Positions 46,297 to 55,746 of a stretch of DNA of 64,000 nt are shown here, piece by piece. Origin of the DNA: Ruminococcus sp. UBA7158 (GTDB lineage Bacteria > Bacillota > Clostridia > Oscillospirales > Ruminococcaceae). Below the pieces are notes generated by a model. It was not told the DNA's origin. It saw only the letters and a list, made by a program, of their open reading frames with translations, and made no database searches. The DNA lies in NCBI GenBank assembly GCA_002491605.1, contig DKWG01000066.1:196-64195 (forward strand). The letters run 5' to 3'. Each line of letters starts with the position of its first letter. Within the stretch, counting starts at the first letter, position 1. Position numbers and translations under genes: made by a program.

Positions 46297-46517
46297 TAAT
46301 TACACACCTTTCAGCAAATAAGCTAAATGAATATTTTGAAGCTCGCAATGAAATAATAAGCTTGCAAGAAAAGTAATCGCTGATTAATACACTTGCGGAA
46401 TCTTCGATTCCTTGGACTCATCAGTGACGGATTTTCGTCACCTTGAAGTGAACTTCCCCGTTTTAATCAGAGATTTCCCAAGTCTTGAAAAACCGAACCG
46501 AAAGGACTCTTATAATT

Positions 46518-46688
46518 ATGGAAAACGATAAGATTTACGGCATTAAGTGCGACATCGGTGAATGTGTTTATAACCGTGACTCAAAGGAGTGCGTTGCAGG
46601 CAAGATAGACGTTTGCAGCTGCGGATGCTCTCATCCGAACTGCTCGGCTCAAACTGAATGCAAGACCTTTAAGCCGAGAAGCTGCTAA
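46518..46688 (+). CDS. DUF1540-domain small Cys-rich protein
   Basis: IKCDIGECVYNRDSKECVAGKIDVCSCGCSHPNCSAQTECKTF fits the DUF1540 pattern. I prefer the ATG at 46518 over the TTG at 46485. Confidence 0.65.
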   Translation: MENDKIYGIKCDIGECVYNRDSKECVAGKIDVCSCGCSHPNCSAQTECKTFKPRSC

Positions 46689-46737
46689 GCTTTACAGTCG
46701 GGACTGAACCAAATTCATCGGGTCAGTCCCGATTTTT

Positions 46738-48234
46738 TTACTTAATGTTTAAGAACCCGAAAACAGCCTCAGCCATCTGCGACTTATCTACCGCTCCCTT
46801 AAAACGTATTTCCTTGTTCTTAAGAGAAGACAAAGCATTCGGGACGGGCATTGAGCTTGCCTCGTTGAGTGCATCGGTAAGTGAGAACTCATCGGTGCTC
46901 TCGGGGAGCTTATCCAGTGCTTCCAAAACAGATGCCGAGAATTTATAAGGACTTGCAGTAGACGCTATAACAGTCTTTAATCCGTCGTTGGTCTTAGCGG
47001 CGTAGTCGTCGCAAACCTTAACCGCAACGGCTGTGTGAGTATCCATAGTGTACGAATACTTGTCGTAGGTTTCTTTTATAGCTGCCTTTGTTTCATCGTC
47101 AGAGCAGAAGCCTGCTGCGAAGTCGCAAAGAAGCTGCTCTTTAATACCGTCACTGACCTCAAATCTTCCCGTTTGAGCCAACTCGGCATAAAGCTTTCTG
47201 ATGTACTCATCGTCACCGTCTGAGAGGATATATAAAAGCCTTTCAAGGTTAGAAGAAATGAGTATATCCATTGAAGGCGATATGGTGGTGTAAAACCTTC
47301 TGTTGCGGTCGTAAATACCTGTGTTGATGAAATCCGTCAAAACATTGTTTGAGTTGGATGCACATATAAGCTTATTTATCGGAACGCCCATGCGCTTAGC
47401 GTAGTACGCAGCAAGAATGTTGCCGAAGTTGCCTGTAGGTACACAGATATTTATCTTTTCCCCGAGAGTAATCTCGCCGTCCTGAACAAGCTGAGCATAT
47501 GCCGATACATAGTAAACAATCTGCGGAGCAAGTCTTCCCCAGTTTATGGAGTTTGCACTGGAGAACATCATGCCGTTTTCATCGAGCTTCTTGGCAATTT
47601 CGGGGTCGGTGAATATCTTCTTAACACCTGTCTGAGCATCGTCAAAGTTTCCCTTTATAGCGCAGACGGAGACGTTTTCACCCTCCTGAGTGGTCATCTG
47701 GAGCTTTTGCATTGCACTAACGCCGTCTACAGGATAGAATACTAAAATCTCAGTACCGGGGACGTCCTTAAAGCCCTCCAAAGCCGCCTTACCGGTGTCA
47801 CCCGATGTTGCAACCAAAATAACAACCTTTTTGTCAATACCGAGCTTTTTAACCGATGTGGTGAGGAAATACGGAAGTATCTGAAGCGCCATATCCTTAA
47901 ACGCACACGTCGGACCGTGCCAAAGCTCGAGCATATATCTGCCGTTGAACAAATGAGCAAGCTCCATAATGCTTTCAGAATCGAAATTCCTTGCATTATA
48001 TGCTCCGTCAACACAGTATCTTATTTCCGCCTCGCTGAAATCGGTGAAGAACTTAGAAAATACAAAAACAGCCCTTTCGCCGTAGCTCATCTCACCCAAA
48101 TTCTTAATATCTTCAAGCGAAACAGACGGTATGCTCTCGGGAATAAAAAGTCCGCCGTCCTTTGAAATTCCCTGCGCTACAGCGTATGCTGCGCTCACCT
48201 TGAGACTCTTGTCTCTTGTACTCTGATATAACAT
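46738..48234 (-). CDS. thrC: Threonine synthase (long form)
   Basis: YQSTRD N-terminus, PLP Lys in PTCAFKDMA, and a GDTG block. RBS AGGAGA lies 9 nt before the ATG at 48234. Confidence 0.9.
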   Translation of the reverse strand: MLYQSTRDKSLKVSAAYAVAQGISKDGGLFIPESIPSVSLEDIKNLGEMSYGERAVFVFSKFFTDFSEAEIRYCVDGAYNARNFDSESIMELAHLFNGRYMLELWHGPTCAFKDMALQILPYFLTTSVKKLGIDKKVVILVATSGDTGKAALEGFKDVPGTEILVFYPVDGVSAMQKLQMTTQEGENVSVCAIKGNFDDAQTGVKKIFTDPEIAKKLDENGMMFSSANSINWGRLAPQIVYYVSAYAQLVQDGEITLGEKINICVPTGNFGNILAAYYAKRMGVPINKLICASNSNNVLTDFINTGIYDRNRRFYTTISPSMDILISSNLERLLYILSDGDDEYIRKLYAELAQTGRFEVSDGIKEQLLCDFAAGFCSDDETKAAIKETYDKYSYTMDTHTAVAVKVCDDYAAKTNDGLKTVIASTASPYKFSASVLEALDKLPESTDEFSLTDALNEASSMPVPNALSSLKNKEIRFKGAVDKSQMAEAVFGFLNIK

Positions 48235-48280
48235 ATAAAACATTCTCCTAAATAATTATTTCCGATTACTTTGCCTGCGC

Positions 48281-48637
48281 TTACGCTGTAAACGCACGCT
48301 GTATGTATTTAAAGCCTGTAACGGTTTTAAGATCAACCTCTACCTCTGCAATATCAAAAATGCAGCTACAGTCAATATTATTCCTGGCTATATATTCCTT
48401 TGCCGCATTAATCAAATGAGATTGCTTTTTCTTTGTGACGGCAGACTGAGCAGAGGTCAAAGAATTCGGCTTTCTTGATTTAACCTCAACAAAGTGAATT
48501 ACTCTTCCCTTTTTTGCTATGATATCTATCTCTCCGCCCCTGACGGTATAATTTCTCTCGAGAATCTCGCATCCGTTTCTCACTAAGAACGGAACAGTAT
48601 AATCTTCGCCGATATTTCCGATTTCTCTTGCAGTCAT
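48281..48637 (-). CDS. YraN-family (UPF0102) endonuclease-like protein
   Basis: GEDYTVPFLVRNGCEILERNYTVRGGEIDIIAKKG..IHFVEVKSR matches the YraN pattern. It is adjacent to rnhB, as in many Firmicutes. Confidence 0.8.
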   Translation of the reverse strand: MTAREIGNIGEDYTVPFLVRNGCEILERNYTVRGGEIDIIAKKGRVIHFVEVKSRKPNSLTSAQSAVTKKKQSHLINAAKEYIARNNIDCSCIFDIAEVEVDLKTVTGFKYIQRAFTA

Positions 48638-48638
48638 A

Positions 48639-49238
48639 CTATTTATCCCTCAAATTCTTCAAAAAGCTCGGTCTGTGAACATCACTTATACCGTATTTTT
48701 TCAGCATTTCATAATGAAGCTTAGTTCCGTAGCCCTTGTGTTTTTTAAACTGATACTCAGGGTATTTTTCGTCAAGCTCTGACATATACCTGTCCCTTGC
48801 AACCTTGGCTAAAATTGAGGCGGCTGCTATTGACATAGAAGTCGCATCGCCCTTTACAACGGTTTTGACCTCGCAGTCGAGCTTTGGTGCTTTGTTTCCG
48901 TCGACCAAGGCTAAATCGGGCGTTAAACCCAAGCCTTCAACGGCTCTTTTCATTGCAAGCATAGCGGCATTCAGAATGTTTATATTCTCTATTTCTTCAA
49001 CCGACGCCGTCGCTATGCAAAAAGCCTTAGCCTTCTTTATTATCTCCTCAAACAAAAGCTCACGTTTTTTCTCGGAAAGCTTTTTAGAGTCGTTTACGCC
49101 TTCTATAACCACGTCCGCATCAAAAACCACAGCGGCAGCGTAGACATCTCCTGCAAGCGGTCCTCTGCCGGCTTCGTCAACACCGCAGATTATAGGATAT
49201 TCGTTTCTTACTTCACTGTCAAACTCGAATAGTGTCAT
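48639..49238 (-). CDS. rnhB: Ribonuclease HII
   Basis: GVDEAGRGPLAGDV, the DSKKLS motif, and SIAAASILAK. Confidence 0.92.
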   Translation of the reverse strand: MTLFEFDSEVRNEYPIICGVDEAGRGPLAGDVYAAAVVFDADVVIEGVNDSKKLSEKKRELLFEEIIKKAKAFCIATASVEEIENINILNAAMLAMKRAVEGLGLTPDLALVDGNKAPKLDCEVKTVVKGDATSMSIAAASILAKVARDRYMSELDEKYPEYQFKKHKGYGTKLHYEMLKKYGISDVHRPSFLKNLRDK

Positions 49239-49262
49239 ACTGTTTTATTCCTGCTTTTCTTT

Positions 49263-50132
49263 TTAACGCGGTGCTTCAAGAGAGATTCTTCCCAGCTTTC
49301 CGGAGCGAAACTCATCCAAAAGGATTATCGCCGCACGCTCGGTATTTATCTCTCCGCCTGAAAGCAAAAAGCCTCTTTTTCTTCCTATAGCCTCTAAAAC
49401 CTCAAAGTCGGTCATTTCCTGAGTTACATCAACCGAGTATCTGCTTAAAATCGGCTTGACGTCAACTGATCTGAGCTTGTTAATAAAAGCACACGCCAGC
49501 GATTCCATGTCCATAATGTCGTCCTTGACAGCACCTGTAAATGCAAGTGACAGACCGACGCTTTTATCCTCAAACTTAGGCCACAGCACGCCGGGCATAT
49601 CCAAAAGCTCAACGTCCTTGCCCAATGATACCCACTGCTTTCCCCTTGTAACTCCGGGTCTGTCCTCGACCTTGGCTCGTTTAGAGCCTGCAAGACGATT
49701 TATAAGTGAGGACTTTCCAACGTTCGGTATTCCCACTATCATAAGCCTTACAGGTCGTCCGATCATTCCCCTTGCATTCCACTTGGCTATATCGTCCTTT
49801 AAAACTTCCTTAACAAGAGGTATTATTTTGTTGACGTTTTTTCCGCTTTTGCAGTCTGTCGCTACAGCGCATACGCCCTTTTTCTTATAGTATTCAATCC
49901 AGCGTGAGGTTATAGCATCGTCAGCGGCATCGCATTTATTTAAAATAACTATTCGCGGTTTTTTACCGACCATAGCATCCATTTCGGGATTCCTCGAAGA
50001 AAAAGGTATTCTCGAATCCGTCACCTCGACAACGGCGTCTACAAGCTTGATGCTTTCGCTCATCAGTCTCCTTGTTTTCGCCATGTGCCCGGGGAACCAT
50101 TGAATTGTTATGTCGTTGTTTATTTTTATCAA
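49263..50132 (-). CDS. ylqF: Ribosome biogenesis GTPase A (YlqF/RbgA)
   Basis: Circularly permuted GTPase: IQWFPGHMAK, NKCD (G4) precedes GIPNVGKSS (G1), then DRPGVT. Confidence 0.9.
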   Translation of the reverse strand: MIKINNDITIQWFPGHMAKTRRLMSESIKLVDAVVEVTDSRIPFSSRNPEMDAMVGKKPRIVILNKCDAADDAITSRWIEYYKKKGVCAVATDCKSGKNVNKIIPLVKEVLKDDIAKWNARGMIGRPVRLMIVGIPNVGKSSLINRLAGSKRAKVEDRPGVTRGKQWVSLGKDVELLDMPGVLWPKFEDKSVGLSLAFTGAVKDDIMDMESLACAFINKLRSVDVKPILSRYSVDVTQEMTDFEVLEAIGRKRGFLLSGGEINTERAAIILLDEFRSGKLGRISLEAPR

Positions 50133-50139
50133 TCCCTTA

Positions 50140-50673
50140 CTAGAAAAATCTAATCTTATTGAAAGGATACAATCTCAAAATTGCCTTTCCCAAAATGTCT
50201 TCCCTGTCGATAAGTCCGACAGCTGCGCTTCTTGAATCACGAGAGTCCTGACGGTTATCTCCCATACAGAAATACTTACCCTCTTCTACTACAATCGGGT
50301 AGTTAAAGCCGCCCTCGTCGTTTATAGTTGCGTTTCTTATATACGGCTCGTCTAACAAAACGCCGTCTACATATACGTTTCCGGTTTCAAAATCAATGTC
50401 GACTTCCTGTCCGCCGACGGCGATGACTCTTTTTACTATGACCTTATTAAGTCCCTTACAATTTGCTGAAATTATGTCGCCCTGCTTCGGAGTGTACATA
50501 AAGTTGCGAAGAAGCAAAAAGTTACCGTCCTGAAGTGTATCGAGCATGGATGAGCCGTTAACCCTTGCCGTTCTGCATACAAAAGTAAACATAAAAATTA
50601 TAACGACAACAGTGATAATAATAGACTTAAGCCAATCGAGCAGCTCGTCAACAAAATTCTTTTTATTCTTCAT
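50140..50673 (-). CDS. lepB: Signal peptidase I
   Basis: GSSMLDTL (catalytic Ser), the KRVIAVGG box (Lys), and GDNRQDSRDSR. I prefer the ATG at 50673 (MKNKKNF, AAGGAG upstream) over the ORF start at 50724. Confidence 0.85.
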   Translation of the reverse strand: MKNKKNFVDELLDWLKSIIITVVVIIFMFTFVCRTARVNGSSMLDTLQDGNFLLLRNFMYTPKQGDIISANCKGLNKVIVKRVIAVGGQEVDIDFETGNVYVDGVLLDEPYIRNATINDEGGFNYPIVVEEGKYFCMGDNRQDSRDSRSAAVGLIDREDILGKAILRLYPFNKIRFF

Positions 50674-50829
50674 AATAATAAATATCTCCTTAATGTGCTG
50701 ACGCATTAAAATATCATGTATCACTTTATTTTACCAAAAACCTTTTAGAATTGCAATAGGTTTATAACAATAAACCAACTTTTCAGAAAAAAAGAGAAGC
50801 CAAAAATGACTTCTCTTTTAAAACTCAAA

Positions 50830-51174
50830 TTATCGAATAGCGTCCTTGGTCTTTGCAGCCTTACCGACTCTGTCTCTCAAGTAGTACAGCTTAGCTCTTC
50901 TAACCTTAGCAAGTCTTACTATCTCAACCTTCTCAACAACGGGAGAATGGAGAGGGAAAACTCTTTCAACTCCGCAGCCGTGAGCAACTCTGCGCACGGT
51001 GAAGGTCTCGCTTACACCGCCGTGCTTCTTAGCAATTACGGTGCCTTCAAAGATCTGGATTCTTGACTTGTCGCCCTCCTGGATTCTAACGTGTACCTTA
51101 ACGGTATCACCGATAGAAAACTGAGGAACTTCGTTCTTTAAGCTTGAGTTTGCAATGATTTTTAAAGCGTCCAC
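50830..51174 (-). CDS. rplS: 50S ribosomal protein L19
   Basis: [44 protein letters not shown] is canonical L19. It uses a GTG start after GGAGGAG. Confidence 0.95.
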   Translation of the reverse strand: MDALKIIANSSLKNEVPQFSIGDTVKVHVRIQEGDKSRIQIFEGTVIAKKHGGVSETFTVRRVAHGCGVERVFPLHSPVVEKVEIVRLAKVRRAKLYYLRDRVGKAAKTKDAIR

Positions 51175-51179
51175 TTTAA

Positions 51180-51330
51180 AACTCCTCCTATTTCTTTCAG
51201 ATATTCATACACTTCTATCGGCGCTTTGCCGCATTGCGAAGTCAGAGGACTACCCGCTTTAATGTCCGGTTCTTTTTGAACGGGCATTAAACCCCAATGC
51301 GCCCACAGACGCAGCGGAACTTAAAATGCT
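51180..51330 (-). promoter_or_regulatory. Structured 5' leader of rplS (possible L19 autoregulatory leader)
   Basis: A long near-perfect hairpin TTTAATGTCCGGTTC-TTTTT-GAACGGGCATTAAA (51258-51291) and further pairing sit directly upstream of the RBS. The link to the known Firmicutes L19 leader is conjecture. Confidence 0.3.
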
Positions 51331-51370
51331 CAATTATTATATCACAATAAGTATACGGATGCAATAGAGT

Positions 51371-52060
51371 TTATGAAAAAATATCTCCTGATTCAGTTAA
51401 AATCTTTGTGCGATTTATACATATTTTATCGAACTCAAATCCGCAAAACGTCTCAAACGCCGTCGACACCGAAACTATGTTCAACGAATGCTTAATTCCG
51501 GCAGGAAGTCTGAGGCTTATATAAGCGTGCCCATCCGAATCACGGCTTTCTAAAACGTTTATATCGGGTTTAATATCAATAGTGACTACGGTCTTTTTCA
51601 TATTGACCTTGCAGCGCTTTTCAATGAGAATTTCATCCTGCGCCATAAAGCTGTTGAACAGCGACAGCACATCGTCCGCCGATCTGTCGCCGTAAAACTC
51701 CAAGGTATATTCGCAGGCGCCGATTTCGGTGTGCTTTGTTTTCGGCTCATACAGTGTGACAATTTCCAGTCCCTCGGGAAGTGCCTTATTTAATCTGACC
51801 TTTATATCCTCATAATCGGGCTCTCCTGCGCTCATGTCGACTCCGAAATCCATCAGCTCGCAGTCGCTCGACACTCCTAAGGAAAGCGGAAGTGAAAACA
51901 TCAAATAGACATGAGGATTATATCCCTTTGTAAACCAAACCGGAAGCTTTGCTCGCTTAAAGGTTCGCTGCATAACACGCATCAAATCAAGGTGCGATAT
52001 ATAAATAGCTCTTCCGGTCTTTTTAAAGACCGCCCTTATGTCATAATAATCCTTTACCAC
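51371..52060 (-). CDS. TIGR03936-family (DUF2344) radical-SAM-associated protein
   Basis: IRAVFKKTGRAIYISHLDLMRVMQRTFKRAKLPVWFTKGYNPH is the family N-terminus. I chose the GTG at 52060, 8 nt after GGAGG, giving a 20-nt overlap with the upstream gene rather than 74 nt. Confidence 0.8.
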   Translation of the reverse strand: MVKDYYDIRAVFKKTGRAIYISHLDLMRVMQRTFKRAKLPVWFTKGYNPHVYLMFSLPLSLGVSSDCELMDFGVDMSAGEPDYEDIKVRLNKALPEGLEIVTLYEPKTKHTEIGACEYTLEFYGDRSADDVLSLFNSFMAQDEILIEKRCKVNMKKTVVTIDIKPDINVLESRDSDGHAYISLRLPAGIKHSLNIVSVSTAFETFCGFEFDKICINRTKILTESGDIFS

Positions 52061-53891
52061 AGTATGTACCTCCGCACTCCTTTTTAACTCCGCAGCCCGA
52101 GCATTTTTGAGCACAGTTGGGCGTTGTTATCGCCTCGTGTGCCTTTTTGTTCTCGGATATTAAAAATCTCTTTGAAATGTAGTAATCAAGATGATCCCAG
52201 GGCATAACCTCGTCATACTCACGCTTACGGCAGGCGTAAAACTCCATGTCCAATCCGCATTCCTTAAAAGCTTCAACCCAGTTGTCGAAGTTGAAGTGCT
52301 CAGTCCAGCCGTCAAAGGTGCAGCCCTTTTTCCACGCTTTATATATCGCTTCGGACGTCCTGCGGTCTCCTCTTGCTAAAACTGCTTCGAGTAGGCTGAC
52401 TCTGTAGTCGTGATAGGAAAGCTTTATATGCTTTGATTTAAAGCTTTGCGTCAACAAATCGTGACGGTGCTTAACAGTTTCGCTTGTTATCTGCGGTTCA
52501 AATTCAAACGGCGTAAAAGGCTTCGGAACAAATGTCGCAACCGAAACTGATATACTCAAGAATTTGCCCTTTGTTCCCCTGTTTATTTCATAGAACAAAT
52601 CGGATATCTTTCTCACAAGGGCTACTATTCCCAGTATGTCTTCATCGGTTTCCGTTGGATGACCCATCATAAAGTAAAGCTTAACGGTTGAATATCCGCC
52701 GATAAACGCCAGCTTGCAGGTTGAAAGTATTTCCTCCTCGGATATATTTTTGTTGATAACGTCACGCAGACGCTGAGTACCTGCTTCTGCTGCAAAGGTA
52801 AGTCCTGATTTTCTCACCCTGTTTATCTTTTCAAGTATTTCCTCGCTGAAATTGTCAACTCTCAAGGACGGCAGTGAAAGGCTTACCTTTTCCGACTCGG
52901 TATAGTCAACAAGCTTGCTCAAAAGCTCCTCTATTTCGGGATGGTCGCTTGTCGACAGTGATGAAAGTGATACCTCCTCATAGCCTGTCTGCTCGCAAAG
53001 AGCCTTAGTCTGTCTGGCTATGGTGTCGACGCTTTTTTCTCTGAACGGGCGGTAGATATACCCTGCCTGACAGAACCTGCAGCCCCTTATACAGCCTCTT
53101 AACACCTCGACAACCGCTCTGTCGTGAACAATATCCGTAAACGGAACGACAAAGCTGTCAGGATAATAAACCTTGTCAAAGTCCTTGATTATCCTCTTTT
53201 TTATCGGCATGGGTGCGCCGCTGTGAGGTATCACCGACTTGACTGTGCCGTCAGGATTATATGCAACATCATAAAACTTAGGCACATATATGCCCTCTAT
53301 TTCAGAAGCTTCAGCTAAAAACTCCGACTTTGATTTTCCGAGCTTTTTCATCTCGGCGTATAAGTCCATAAGCTCAAGGTTGACCTCTTCGCCCTCGCCC
53401 AAAATGAACAGGTCAAAAAACTCTGCAAGCGGCTCGGGGTTGCACACGCACGGTCCCCCGGCAACAACTATAGGGTCAGTTTCAGAGCGTTCGCTTGCTC
53501 TGACGTTCAGTCCTGCAAGGTCGAGCATATTCAAAACGTTTGTATAGCTCAGCTCATACTGCATTGTAAAGCCTATAAAGTCAAACTCCTTTATCGGGTC
53601 TAAGCTCTCGAGGGCGTAAAGCGGAATATCGTTTTCACGCATCAGCTTTTCAAAGTCCTTATCGGGAGCAAAAACTCTTTCGCACCAGAAGTTTTCACGC
53701 TGATTTTTAAGACCGTACAAAATCTTCATGCCGAGATGGCTCATTCCCACTTCATATGTATCGGGGAAGCAAAAAGCAAATCTGACGTCAATTTTTGACT
53801 TGTCCTTGACAACGCTTCCGACCTCCCCGCCTATATATCTTGACGGCTTGTTTGAGCGAAGCGCAAGCTTTTCTATCTTTGTTTTTAACAT
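52041..53891 (-). CDS. TIGR03960-family B12-binding-domain radical SAM protein
   Basis: 616 aa with the radical SAM cluster motif GCIRGCRFCQAG. It is always paired with the TIGR03936 partner. Confidence 0.85.
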   Translation of the reverse strand: MLKTKIEKLALRSNKPSRYIGGEVGSVVKDKSKIDVRFAFCFPDTYEVGMSHLGMKILYGLKNQRENFWCERVFAPDKDFEKLMRENDIPLYALESLDPIKEFDFIGFTMQYELSYTNVLNMLDLAGLNVRASERSETDPIVVAGGPCVCNPEPLAEFFDLFILGEGEEVNLELMDLYAEMKKLGKSKSEFLAEASEIEGIYVPKFYDVAYNPDGTVKSVIPHSGAPMPIKKRIIKDFDKVYYPDSFVVPFTDIVHDRAVVEVLRGCIRGCRFCQAGYIYRPFREKSVDTIARQTKALCEQTGYEEVSLSSLSTSDHPEIEELLSKLVDYTESEKVSLSLPSLRVDNFSEEILEKINRVRKSGLTFAAEAGTQRLRDVINKNISEEEILSTCKLAFIGGYSTVKLYFMMGHPTETDEDILGIVALVRKISDLFYEINRGTKGKFLSISVSVATFVPKPFTPFEFEPQITSETVKHRHDLLTQSFKSKHIKLSYHDYRVSLLEAVLARGDRRTSEAIYKAWKKGCTFDGWTEHFNFDNWVEAFKECGLDMEFYACRKREYDEVMPWDHLDYYISKRFLISENKKAHEAITTPNCAQKCSGCGVKKECGGTYCGKGLL

Positions 53892-54046
53892 CCTTATATT
53901 ATCCCTTTCCGATTGAAAGTAATCGCTTTATTTTTACAACGCACTTTATATTAATTCAATTTATAATTACTGTTATGTGCAGGCTTCAGGTCATAAAATG
54001 CACAAATGCTTTAAGTATTATATCAGATAATATTCGAAAGCGCAAC

Positions 54047-54610
54047 TCATTCCAGCAAATCGGATAAAATGATAAAGGAAAGCACAATGACCTTAGAAGC
54101 GCAAATGCTCGTGCCGGACCAAACAGCCGCAATTACTGTAAATGCGATAAATGATATCGACGTTATTCTTGAGATGACGCTCAGAGCCCTGACGCCGCTC
54201 GGAAAAACCGCAGACAGTATCTTTCCGCCGTCGAAATAATCAATCGGCAAAAGATTAAAAGCTGCAATAGCGGCATTAACTGCGCATGAAAGCGTATCAT
54301 TAATTAAACCGAACACTACAGACATTGCGATATTCACGGCACAGCCTGCAAAGTATACAACAAGCCTTTGAGATATCGGCAGCATATCCACTCCGTCGGC
54401 GCAAATTCTTATTCCTCCGCCGTAAAAGGATATTTCACTTATTTGAACGCCGAAAATGCGCATAGCAGCCAAATGCGACAGCTCATGAAGAATACAAAAC
54501 CAAAGGCACAGTATCGTTATGCGGTCGTAATACATTGCGTTTACGGCTATTAAAAACAAAAAGCTAAAGCAAAGGCTAATTTTAAGCTTAGAAATACAAA
54601 CAGTCAGCAT
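54047..54610 (-). CDS. M50-family (site-2 protease-like) membrane metallopeptidase
   Basis: HELSHLAAM (HExxH) in a TM helix, plus the second motif NLLPIDYFDGGKIL. It has about 6 TM helices. Confidence 0.7.
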   Translation of the reverse strand: MLTVCISKLKISLCFSFLFLIAVNAMYYDRITILCLWFCILHELSHLAAMRIFGVQISEISFYGGGIRICADGVDMLPISQRLVVYFAGCAVNIAMSVVFGLINDTLSCAVNAAIAAFNLLPIDYFDGGKILSAVFPSGVRALSVISRITSISFIAFTVIAAVWSGTSICASKVIVLSFIILSDLLE

Positions 54611-54751
54611 ACTTTATTTTATTAGCGCTTGGGACAAAGTATTACCGCAAAAAAATCGGCAAACCGTCTTTTCAATTATCTGTTTTAATGGTATAATAAG
54701 CTATAATGATGATTATTCAAATATAAACTAATATTTCACGGAGGTAACGAG

Positions 54752-55660
54752 ATGAAAACTGCCGCCAAGCCGTCGAAGAAAATAAGCGGACTTATATCCG
54801 AGCTTAAAAAGCTGAAATGGCAAAACTTTATCCTTTTGACCATAGCCGGTCTGATTAACTCAATAGGCGTAACGGTGTTCTTAGCGCCCGTAAAGCTATA
54901 TGACAGCGGCATTTCAGGCACTTCCATGCTGTTGTCGCAGATAACGCCTGAGTGGCTTTCGCTTTCGTTCTTCCTTCTCATACTGAACATACCGCTGTTC
55001 TTGTTCGGATTAAAGCGTCAGGGAGTTGTTTTTACCGCATATGCTGTATACGCCGTCGCCGTTTATTCCTTTTTCGCATGGATGATAACAAACGTTTTGC
55101 CTATTGATTTAAGCTCGTCGCCGTTTGCCGGAACAGATTTGCTGCTGTGCGCTTTGTTCGGAGGATTTATTTCCGGCGTCGGAAGCGGACTTACAATTCG
55201 CTTCGGCGGCGCTATCGACGGCATAGAGGTTATGGCTGTCATATTCGCAAAAAAGCTCGGGCTGACCGTCGGCACGTTTGTAATGAGCTATAACGTTGTT
55301 TTATACATTATCTGCGGCTTGGTTCTGAAAAGCTGGATTCTCCCCCTTTACTCCATTATTACATACGGTGCGGCGCTCAAAACTGTCGACTTTATAGTCG
55401 AGGGCTTAGACCGTTCAAAGGCGGCGACGATAATCACCGGCAAACCAAACGAGGTGTGCCGTGCCCTGTCTTTAGAATTTGAATGCGGTATAACCACCAT
55501 GCAGGCTCACGGATTTTATTCCAACAGCGAAAAGACCATGGTTTATATCGTTGTAAACCGTTTTCAGGTCGGAAAAATGAAGCAAATCGTGCATGACAAC
55601 GACCCAAGAGCATACATATCGATTTCGGAGGTAGCAGACGTCTACAAATCTAATATTTAG
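54752..55660 (+). CDS. YitT-family membrane protein (DUF2179 C-terminal domain)
   Basis: Five or six TM helices with GISG and GG.DG motifs. The C-terminal soluble domain ends ...DPRAYISISEVADVYK. Confidence 0.8.
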   Translation: MKTAAKPSKKISGLISELKKLKWQNFILLTIAGLINSIGVTVFLAPVKLYDSGISGTSMLLSQITPEWLSLSFFLLILNIPLFLFGLKRQGVVFTAYAVYAVAVYSFFAWMITNVLPIDLSSSPFAGTDLLLCALFGGFISGVGSGLTIRFGGAIDGIEVMAVIFAKKLGLTVGTFVMSYNVVLYIICGLVLKSWILPLYSIITYGAALKTVDFIVEGLDRSKAATIITGKPNEVCRALSLEFECGITTMQAHGFYSNSEKTMVYIVVNRFQVGKMKQIVHDNDPRAYISISEVADVYKSNI

Positions 55661-55746
55661 CTTTCATATCGACAAAAGTGCCGCTCAGGAATCAACCACC
55701 GAGCGGCGCTTTATGCACATATTAAATTACAAAGCCTTTATCGGTA

